From Octopus bimaculoides (taxonomy: Eukaryota), in contig NC_068981.1 in the NCBI RefSeq assembly GCF_001194135.2, forward strand, positions 57,629,623 through 57,693,622: a stretch of 64,000 nucleotides of DNA, read 5' to 3'. Positions 1 through 10,078 of the stretch are shown piece after piece. The notes under the pieces were generated by a model that worked only from the letters and a program-made list of their open reading frames with translations, did not search any database and was not told where the DNA came from. A program made the translations under genes and the position numbers. Numbering within the stretch: position 1 is the stretch's first letter; every line of letters begins with the position of its first letter.

Positions 1-365
1 GTGATTCCTGATGGGCCGGGGGCTTTCCCGGTCTTCATACTCTTAATTGCTTTATCTACCCTGGTACTGTCAACTCGGATAGCTGGTCCCTCTATTGGGT
101 CGACATACGGCAGGCTCTCTTCCTCCCATTCATTCTCTTTATTAAGCAATCTATCGTAGTGGCATCTCCAGACCTCTTTCTTTGCATCCTCATTTAGTGC
201 AAGCGTACCATCATCCATGCGAACACATTTCTCTCCTACAACATCACTATTCTCTCTCCTACACTGTCTTGCAACACGAAATACCTCGAGTCTTTGGTCC
301 TCACGGCGCAGAACATTGGCAAATCTTTTCTTATCTGCTTCCCCTCTGGCTTTCTGCTTGCAAAT
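1..365 (-). mobile_element. RTE-clade LINE ORF2 fragment (linker between endonuclease and RT), runs off window edge
   Basis: Minus-strand translation reads ...EKCVRMDDGTLALNEDAKREVWRCHYDRLLNKENEWEKESL...VDKAIKSMKTGKAPGPSGI, typical of RTE ORF2; disrupted by stops. Confidence 0.8.
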
Positions 366-882
366 AAACTGTGAACACTAATTAATTATATATTATATTG
401 TTTGTTTATTATTACTTTGTTTTTGGTAAAATATTTACTAATTGTAGTACTAATACCAAAATTTACTAACTAATACAGCATGCTAGGCATCTTTGTAAAA
501 TGTCATGACTTGCAATTTCCCCACAGCAATATTATACAAATGAGCTTGAAAAGATTGTAATTCAGATTTATGTATTTTTTTTATAAATACCATGATCAGG
601 ATATGTTGACTGATATATTGAAATCAACTTAATCACATTTTGATTTTTTTGCCCTTAGAGACATTATTATGGATACATTTTTGTAGTCTGAATCAGGGAA
701 AAATTAACTCAATGCTATGTTACAGTTGAGATTTCTCCTAGTCTTTGATTTATATACCATAGTTACACCATAAGGTTAAACCCTTTATGGACAGGAAACC
801 CAGGGTAACGAATATTATATGGTAATATTATATGGTTACTAATATTGTATAGGTCACCTGGAATCTAAGCAGCATAATTAAA

Positions 883-1234
883 TTAACTAATCTTCCCCAC
901 TTCATGATTCTGTAATTTAAGCAAAACCAATTTAGCCGAATTGTTAACTGATTCAATTTGCTTCAGGTGGGCATCAACAGCCCATGCAGGATACTGAACA
1001 GCAGACTCCTCAGATTTCAATGAAATAAGGTAATCATGGAGGGAATCTTTTGAGTGAATCGTCTCTTTTTCCTCATTTTTGTCTCCTTTTCCTTCTCCTC
1101 CTCCTATTCTTCTTCTTTGACCTTTTTCTTCTTCTTCTTCTCCTTCTTCTTCTTTATAATCTTCTTGTTCAAGATGTTCATTATAATTTACCCACATAAC
1201 TTCAGTTTCAACTAGATTGTTTGACTTCTCCCTT
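883..1234 (-). CDS. Putative terminal coding exon of the ANKRD60-like gene (acidic, low-complexity)
   Basis: Acceptor ttttttcactgtag|A at 1234. Phase-2 start (1+117 codons) matches the phase-2 array exons upstream. Open to TAA at 883-885; contains ORF 883-1197 (EEEGEEEEEK...). Confidence 0.6.
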
Positions 1235-1559
1235 CTACAGTGAAAAAAAGAATAAAGAAAAGGAAAAAAGGAGACGAAATATTAAAAATTAAGAGCAATA
1301 ATATAATAATGTAATAGCATCTGAAAGAAAAAAGAGGACTGTCATAAATTGGACATTTATTTTCTATTATTCTGTTTAACAGGAAGAGTCAATCCAATGA
1401 TATTTAAACTGGGTATTTTGAAATAATTTCCAGTAGCATATAGTCTATTAAATTAAATTTGATTTAAGCAAACATAATCAAATATAGTTTAATTTTAATG
1501 TAAATGACAGCTAGAAACTAAATTAAATTTAATGTAGGCTTATGTATCACTGTATTACT

Positions 1560-1845
1560 GTATCGACCAGACTATTGGGTGTTGTTATACATGCTGGTCA
1601 CAATGCACTCCCTCACATTGTTATAGCTCTCAAATGATACCACCCTACTGGCTAGGCAGGCAGGCTAGCATTCCCCTTGAACAGAATGTCTGTCCATCAC
1701 AGAGTGACTCATTTACAGCTGAGTGGACTGAAGCAACATGAAGTGTTTTGCTCAAGAACACAACTTGCCTCTAGTCTGGGAATTGAAACCACAGTCTTGC
1801 AATTGTGAGTGCAACACACTAACCACTTGGCAATGTGCCTTCACA
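1560..1845 (-). mobile_element. tRNA-headed SINE
   Basis: On the minus strand it begins with a tRNA-like head (A-box-like ...AAGTGGTTAGTG, B-box-like GTTTCAATTCC), followed by a GC-richer body. Confidence 0.6.
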
Positions 1846-3088
1846 CATATGCTTATATAAATTGATAAAATTAGAGGTTACAAACTCAGTAGGCATGTTA
1901 TAACTATCATGATTTTGATTTGGGTCATATTATCTGTGATATAACTGGAATCTGCAGCTTAAGGTAAGTTACTCAGAGACACCATTCACATAAAAATCAA
2001 TAGTTAAGTTGAGGTTGAACATTTTTAATGCACACTACATTAGAATTTTCAATTAGATTTTCAATGCTTTGCATTAAACATGATCAGCAGCAGACTAGAG
2101 TATGGTATCACTTAGGAATTAAAAAATCACAAACTACAAAGCAAACAAAGCTGTAGTTTTGAACTTCCTATTGTATTCCACCAAACATATGTATTGTACC
2201 ATAAGATTACAGCACTATAAAGACATTAACAAACAATCTGAAGATTATAGCAAAAATAACAAACATTTACAAAAATATATATACAGAAAAATAAAAATAT
2301 TGTTACAATCAGTTCCTTCAAACAAGCTACACATAATTTGAAAAGTAATACATATCAATAGAGTAGATGTGAATACATTTCCTTCCTTCCTGAATCCCAC
2401 AGCTCATGACAAGATCAGAGGATCACCATTATGGTGCATTGTACACCAGTCTTTTCCATCCTTTGAAGAAGCTTGATCAAGTTTGGATCGCTACTAATGA
2501 TTTCCTTGCCCATCTTTTCTGCTTGCTACTCTTTTTCCTTGTCTCTTCAGTTCCTTGAGAAATATTCCCAACAAGAACACAATATCTTGTTATATGACCA
2601 TATTTCTTTTCTTCACTATTGTGAAAAAGTCCTCTTAGTAGTCAATGAGATACTGAATGATTTGACAAACTTGCATGTTTGTCATGTGACCTAAGTATCA
2701 AATGACAAACATGCTGTAGTAGCATCTGACTTCTTTCTCTGAATCTCTGTAGTGAGATGAGGACATACTTTACATATGGTACAGGAAGTTGGGGAGTACT
2801 AGTGCATGCAGGAATTCGATTTTGGTCTTTATGGCAATGTTTCTATCTTTCCATATTGCTTAAATTTGATTAATGCAGTTGTTGTCTCTCTGGTTCATGG
2901 AAGATTTCTTATCTTGAACTTATATCATTTACAATTTCCCCTAGGGATTTCAACTTATGCACTATCTCTAGTATCTGTCCTTGGATAGAGAAGTTGCCAG
3001 TTGTCATCAGTTTGGTTTATTCAGAGCTGGTTTCTATTCCAACAAATTTAAGAAAATAGCATGTAAAGGTAAATTCTATTGTACTTAC

Positions 3089-3187
3089 ATTATACATGCA
3101 TTTGAAGATTTGTTCAAACCATCATTAACTTGAATATTTCGAAAACTTTCTGTACCTGGAGATATTTTGCTCTTACGTTTATTAGAC
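3089..3187 (-). CDS. Array exon C of ANKRD60-like gene (99 nt, phase 2-2): SNKRKSKISPGTESFRNIQVNDGLNKSSNACI
   Basis: ttttctttaacag acceptor, GTAAGT donor, length divisible by 3, open frame. Start and adjacent intron are homologous to exons A and B. Confidence 0.7.
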
Positions 3188-4669
3188 CTGTTAAAGAAAA
3201 TGATAGATATATCTTTTAAAATAGTTAATATTTAGACTTCTTTGGTTCACTACCCATTTCCCTCTATATGTTATACTTCAGTCCTCATAACCTCTATCCT
3301 ATAACATTTCTTATAATAGTTGAGACACAGAAAACTGCATAAGATATTTATACATGAAATTTTAAAATCCACCTCTTGGTAACAACTCAAAGTGCTCTCA
3401 AGCAATATTAATGATCCTGGATATAAATGGGGCTAAATTTGGGAACTATTGTTTTAAAAGAGAAGTATCAGGAACAATGTTTCGATTATATTTTCATTTA
3501 CATAAGTGATTCTGAAGCTGCTACTATGAAAGTAATATGTAGATTGGAATTAAAGAATTACAGAATGCAGAAAATCAGAGCAGTTTGTAAGAAATAAGGT
3601 GACGTCAACATCATCATTTAATATCCATGTTCGATGCTGGCATGAGTTGGATTGTTTGACAGGATCTGATGGATCCAAGGACTGCACTGTGTTCATCACT
3701 GTGGCCATCAATGAAGGTAAGTCAGGAAAGATTTGAAGTAGTGCTAGAGTGGAGATGATTAGATGTGTAGTGGCTTCATGCAAGCACAGTGTCGATTTGA
3801 TCCTCGATCACCAAAGTTCACTTAACAGTTCAACTGCACTTTTCTCATGGTAAAACAATAGTTTTTCTGTGAGTGACAGCAGTTACATTTGCCAGATGCC
3901 TTTGCTAAGCAGAATAATGTCTTTGCCACTTGATTCTTCCAACCTTTGCTAGGCCATAAAAGACCCCAACCGAAATTCATTGTTCTCAACAATATGTCTC
4001 ACCTTCTAACTAGTTTTGGATAGTTATAAATACTAGAATTTGGCAAGGCAAAATTAGTTAGTGAACCGCAACGACTAGAGTCATGGCCAAACAGCCAGAA
4101 GGAGAAAGGTCACAATCAGCCAACTATGAAACACATCTTCCCTCAACTCTATAACTTTCACTAGCTCAATTTCTTTTACAACATCATTCTATCACTATCT
4201 ATGGTTTACTACTAAAATAAGAACCTGTACACACATACAGGCTGAAATTAACTTTCTTAACCTCGCATGCTCTTTCAATTATATTACACCTGCCTGTCGA
4301 GGCATGGCATTATATTAAGTAATGGTAAATATATAAATCTGAAGTCAACATCAACTTTGATCACTGTTCTTCTTTCATCTTGTACATCTGCAACAGCAAT
4401 ACCCATTACAATCGCTAACTGCCAACTCCAACATATATCATAATTCAAACTGTTGCACTGGTGATCACTGATTCCACCTTAACCAACCATTACATTTGCC
4501 ATTATAGATGTGTACTGTGTGCAAGATGTGTGATGGAGACAGGTGCCAGCCAGACTCATTACAACAGAGAAACTGAATTGATGAGCCAAGTTCTGAGAGT
4601 AACAGAAAGAGTTGTTGCATAAATGATTAAGAAGAGAACTAACTTAGATGAGATGCAGTTCAAGTCTGT

Positions 4670-5050
4670 GTAAGGATGGTGTACTACAGACACCCTCTTC
4701 CTAATGAGACAGTTGCAAGAGGAGTTCTTAGGTAAGAGTGAACCACTATACCTAGCCTTCATTGATTGGAAAAGGGCATTTGACAGGATACCATGCTGTG
4801 TAGTCTGATGGTCTTAAAGAAACTTAGATGTAGATGAACAGCTTATGAGAGCTGTCCAAACTAGGTACAGATATACTATCAGTAACATGATAGTTGACAA
4901 TGGGTTCAGTGAGAAATTTAACATGCAGGTAGGTGTTCATCAGGGCTTAGTTCCCAATACCTTATTTTAGTTTTCCACACTAACAGATAAGTTCAAGACT
5001 GGTTGCGCATGGGAACTTTTCTATGTTGAAAATTTAGTTCTTATAGCTAA
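4670..5050 (+). mobile_element. Degraded RTE reverse-transcriptase fragment
   Basis: Translation ...TTDTLFLMRQLQEEFLGKSEPLYLAFIDWKRAFDRIP... (RT motif region), with stops. Confidence 0.75.
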
Positions 5051-5274
5051 ACTCCAAACATTGAAGCAGAGAAGTAGGAGGAGGAGACAGTGGACGTGGT
5101 GGTGGTAGTGTGAAACTTGTTTATGTATTTTTTTTATTTCATCTAAAGAGATGAACAAAAGGCAGATAAATTATTTAACACTGCTTTAAAGAACTGTCCA
5201 AAATATTAGCAAAAACAAGAACTTGTTCATACAAAGCAATCCTACAAAAACAGATGATGACAAATTATACAAAC

Positions 5275-5385
5275 AATTTTTTTGTTGGAGGTTCTTTAAC
5301 ACCACCAATATTTTCCTTTAGTCCTTCTGAGTCAATATCCTTAAGAAGATCTGAAAATCTTTCCGAAGTTTCTTCAACAAGTGGT
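5275..5385 (-). CDS. Array exon A (111 nt, phase 2-2): PLVEETSERFSDLLKDIDSEGLKENIGGVKEPPTKK
   Basis: ttttctttcacag acceptor, GTTTGT donor (same hexamer as the exon-2 donor), open frame. Peptide is clearly paralogous to exon B (EGLKENIGGVKEPP vs EGLKEDIEGVNEPP). Confidence 0.7.
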
Positions 5386-6541
5386 CTGTGAAAGAAAATA
5401 TAATAGATATGTTATAAAATATATTCAAATATCTTTAGTTCACCTGCTTGGCTCCATACATCATACTTCATTCCCAGTAATCCCTAATCTACGGGTTTAC
5501 CCAGAAGAGTTGGGTCAGAGAGAACTGTATTAGAAACAATTTCATGAAATCTGAAAACCACCTTTTAGTAATTATGCATAATGCTTTCAAGTAATATTAA
5601 TGATTCTGGATATTAAGAGAGCTATATTTGGGAACAAATGTTTTAAGAAAAGAAGTGATTCTCAAACTGTTAATATGGAAGTAAAATGTAGATTGGAATT
5701 AAAGAATGCAGAAGATCAGTGTGATTTGTAAGAAAGAAGCAACATATCAAGGTCATTTTTCACTGCTTTCTATGCACCATACCATGTTCAATTATGAACA
5801 GTCATGAATTTCAATATGGTAACTAGTGGCATTATAATTTGTGCTCGATCCATGCTGTAAAGTTGTTGGGAATAAAAAGAATGTGATAATTTACTAAATC
5901 AATGCAAAACCTAACATCATACACAAGGCTAACACATATGGTAGTGTCATGCACAGAAGTGGGCATCTCTTGGACCATCATCAAATGTTTCCACTAACTC
6001 TCTCACTCAGTCACTTTCTAATGCAGATGAATATCAAACAGCCCATCCTTCACAACTGCCACAAGAAACTATCCTCTTTCTGCCATGAGCAACACTTCAG
6101 GTCTGCTACCATCAATACTGATACAATGAAATATCAGTATCAACATTTTTTTGGCCATCTTGAAAACGTCTGAACCACTTGTATATTTGTGTGTGGTTCA
6201 TACACTCCTCTCCCTACACTTTCTGCAAGTTTGCGTAGGTCTCTGAGCAGGTATTGCCATGACAACTTTCTCTGTCATGGTCAATGCAATGATCACACGC
6301 TACCCACCGTCCTTCCAAGCACTGCTGCTGTAAGCAGCAGATGTGAGCTAAAATGTTAAACTTTAGTGCACATGCACAGCAGAGTTCAAGGTCAATCTGT
6401 TCCAAGCGGCTTCACTCTGTGTGCTTTAGCTTCATTACTATGGCAACAGTCCAAATACTTATTAATCAGACCTCATGTATTTCAACCTCCTTAAAAAGCA
6501 GTTAAATTATTGAACACTACTTACAAGAATTGTTCAGAATA

Positions 6542-7403
6542 CGAGGTTGTATCAAAAGATCCCTGGACAATTATGTTTAATAAAAAATAAGTTATTTACC
6601 TAAGTTTTAACACCATCTCCTTTGAAATAGTCATCTTACACAGCAACATGCCAATCCCAGAGTTTCTGCCACTTTTGGGATCTGGCCTGGAAGTCATTTT
6701 CCATAAGCGAGTTGAGAACCTTCTGCGATTCACTCTGAATCTTGACAATGATGTTAAAACAGTGATCTCTGAGCAGCTTTATCATCTTGGGGAAGAGATG
6801 GAAGTCTGCAGGTGCTAAATCTGGCAAATAGGGTGGGTGCAGAGACAATATCATGTTGTTTTTGATGAGAAACTCATGAGTGAAGAGAGCTTGGTGAAAA
6901 ATCCAATTCCTCACACTCCACAGATCCAGTCACTTTTGCCAAACATCCTCCCTCAAACACTTCAAAACATCACAGCAGAACTCTCAATTGATGGCCTGGC
7001 CTTCATTGATACATGATACCACATTATTGGGGGTGACACACATGACAGGTCTTCCAGTTTTCTCATCATCTTCCAGGGATGTTCTTCCACTTTTGAAGTG
7101 TTTGTGCCACTCAAAACATTGCATATGACCCATTGCCTCACTGCTGTAAGCTTGCCAAAACATTCTCAATGTCTCTGTAGCAGACTTCCCAAGTTTAACA
7201 CAAAATTTCATGTTGGCTCTTTGTTCATGACAAAATCACAGACTACAGTATACACTTGACCACAAAAACACAAATTTTACAACTTGCAAAGTAAACACAG
7301 CAATGTCACTCAGCACACTATCTCATGAAGTCATTGCTAGCTCTCATTGTGCATGCGGCTGTGTGCTACAGAACTAGTTTAGGAACTTTTTGATACCACC
7401 TCA
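6542..7403 (-). mobile_element. Internally deleted mariner (DD34D-type) transposon
   Basis: Imperfect TIRs CGAGGTTGTATCAAAAG.. / ..TTTTTGATACCACCTCA flanked by TA. HTH segment MKFCVKLGKSATETLRM...FKSGRTSLEDDEKTGRP and catalytic segment HPPYLPDLAPADFHLFPK. Confidence 0.9.
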
Positions 7404-7473
7404 TATAGGCAAAATAAGTTCTAATTCAAACAATGCAAGCCTACAAAAGCAAATGATGACAAATCATACAAAC

Positions 7474-7596
7474 ATGTTTGTCTTTGGAGGTTCATTTACA
7501 CCCTCAATGTCTTCCTTTAATCCTTCTTTATTAATTCCAGATTGATGACTTGTCAAAGTCCTTTCAATATTTGGCATTCTGCTCTCATGTTTAGAC
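7474..7596 (-). CDS. Array exon B (123 nt, phase 2-2): SKHESRMPNIERTLTSHQSGINKEGLKEDIEGVNEPPKTN
   Basis: ttttccttcacag acceptor, GTTTGT donor, open frame, length divisible by 3; homologous flanks. Confidence 0.7.
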
Positions 7597-8288
7597 CTGT
7601 GAAGGAAAACAATAAATATATGTTATAAAGCAATGATATTCAAACATCTCTGGCCCACTACCCATTTGGTTTCATACAGCATATTTCATTTCCAGTGACA
7701 CTTTAGTTCTACCCAGAAGAGTTGAGTCACATAGAACAATATAAAATATCAACAAATGTAATTTGAAATCACTTGTAATGTTCTTAAGCAACATTAATGA
7801 TTCTGAATATAAAGAAAGCTTGATTTAGAATCCAAGGTTTTGAAAGGTATATCTAGAATAATACTTCAAGTATAATTTCATTCTAAATAAGTTACTTTCA
7901 AACTGCTTCTATAGAAGTAAAATGTAGATGAGAATTAAAGTAACACAGAAAATCAATGCAGTTTGTAAGAAATAAGGTAACACATCAAAACTATTTTTCA
8001 CTTCCTTTCATAAATCACATCAAATCAAAATATTGAGATCTGTGAATTTTATATGATATTACATTCACAGCAATCTTCAATGAAGGTTGTTTTGTTTTGT
8101 TTTTTAAATATTTCCATGTATGGAAAGTAATCATAATATTATCCCAGGTCCACATGAAATGTGGCCTAATTATTTGATACTGCTTAAAAGAATTTGCTTA
8201 GGGTAAAGATAGCAGAATGAGGGCAATGATAAAGAGCTGTTTTAATAAATGCAAGCATAGAAGATAGATGATGACAAATTATACAAAC

Positions 8289-8354
8289 ATTTTTTTAAGT
8301 AGAGATTCCGCTAAGTTTTCATGAGTTATTTTTGAATTATCTGTTTCCTTTGCT
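8289..8354 (-). CDS. Array exon D (66 nt, phase 2-2): AKETDNSKITHENLAESLLKK
   Basis: tttcag acceptor, GTTTGT donor. Donor-side intron flank (GATGATGACAAATTATACAAAC on +) is shared with exons A and B. Confidence 0.55.
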
Positions 8355-9202
8355 CTGAAACCTTTTAAATAATAAACGATGATTAAAATAATTGTCATTA
8401 TTAATAGAAATACATGATGAAATTACATTTATAGATAGATATATGCTTTTTAAGAATTAAACTATTTCAAATGATTCCTTTCAGTTTCTACAATGAGAAT
8501 CTATTGTGTTTACTACGGGGGAAAAGCTATGTTGGACTGGTATCCCTATCTAGGAAGTGAATTGCTCTTCAATTGTATTAAGGCTGGAAAAGCTTGAATA
8601 AACACTAGCATCTCTCATATGGTGTATAGAATATTTCTTACAGCAAAATAATAATATAATATATTACATAACATTTAAAACTAGTTGATTTTTTTTTTTC
8701 TTAAATCAAATATCATATCATCATTTCTAATTGTCTTAGTGTTTACTTTTTCCTTCCGACGTAATACAAAATAAATTTTGCCATTTTATTTTTTTCTCTC
8801 CAAAAATTATCATTGATACTTTCCGTAAGATATTTTACAATCAATTCTAAGTTTAATCCAGTAAACCCAGATCTAGATAATAGATGCTCAAGAATTTTTT
8901 TTTTTTTTGTCATTGTTCATATCCATCTTCAGAAATAAACTTTGTTGGAATTAAGTACCATCTACATTTATATGTCACATAATGTAGAGGATGTGTATTA
9001 GATGCAGACATTGTTCACAAATATCTGCAATGGAAGACTTTGCTCAAATTATGCTCAGTCAGCTGTCTCACCAAAGTCCAAGTCTCATACCTTTATCATC
9101 TATACAACAGAAATTTGAGACTGTTACAAAGTATTAAATGATTTGTAAGAAATATATCAATGAATAACAAAATGTTCCTTAAAATGTTCCAACTCAACTT
9201 AC

Positions 9203-9343
9203 TTTTTGCAGGTGTTTTCAATCTTGCAAATTTCTGTCTTGATTGTATTGAACCCAACTGCTTTTCAGCTGCAGTTTTTGCAAATAAAATTGCAATGTTA
9301 ATAGCTGCCCAGCCACTTAAATCCTTTTCTAGGATTTTTATCC
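9203..9343 (-). CDS. ANKRD60: ANKRD60-like exon 5 (second ankyrin repeat): GIKILEKDLSGWAAINIAILFAKTAAEKQLGSIQSRQKFARLKTPAK
   Basis: attccag acceptor (phase 1), GTAAGT donor, 141 nt; continues the frame of exon 4. Confidence 0.75.
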
Positions 9344-9582
9344 CTGGAATCAATGAAATTATATGTATTCATGAAATGGGAGTATCAATGTAAGAATTTT
9401 AACAGAAAGAACAAATTGTAATAGATTTAACTAATGAAATTGAAATGTAACTATATTTGATACACTGAAGTTTAATTGAAGAGCATTCTGATTTTGAAAT
9501 TTAATTGAAGTCTATCCAAATATGATTCAGAAGTGTAATTCAGTTGCTGTCACCACCACTGCTGCTGTCATTGTCATTAACA

Positions 9583-9607
9583 TCAGCAGCAGCAGCAGCA
9601 GCAGCAA
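9583..9607 (+). repeat. (CAG)n microsatellite; a (TA)n/(TG)n compound tract lies nearby at about 9755-9827
   Basis: Directly visible tandem repeats. Confidence 0.95.
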
Positions 9608-9759
9608 CAGTAGAACAGTGGCATTTTCCACCTGCTTTTCTATGTTGGCATGGGCTGGGCATTTTTGGTAAATATATGTTAAAATGAGATATCAGTGTTA
9701 TTTTCATTTTTGTGTAATTAAGACGACAAATTATTCACCACACTCACTCTCTTTATATA

Positions 9760-9827
<68 letters not shown>

Positions 9828-9979
9828 CGTTTTGTATAATATCAAGTTCAAAATCCCAGTTATGGATTTCAATACAGTTTCTGTTAAATGGATTTTCTAC
9901 ATAGAACACTTATTGCCCATGAGAATCATACATAACAATATTTTTGTATCAGTGAAGCAGAGTATTGCTGTTTATTTAC

Positions 9980-10078
9980 CTTCAGAAATGAGCAGGTCTA
10001 TAATTTCCTGACGTCCATGAGATGCAGCTATGTGAAGTGCTGTTCGACCCCTTGAAGTTTTTGCTTTGAGATTCACAC
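9980..10078 (-). CDS. ANKRD60: ANKRD60-like exon 4 (ankyrin repeat): GVNLKAKTSRGRTALHIAASHGRQEIIDLLISEG
   Basis: Canonical ankyrin motif GRTALHxAAxxG; ttttacag / GTAAAT sites; 99 nt, phase 1-1. Confidence 0.9.
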
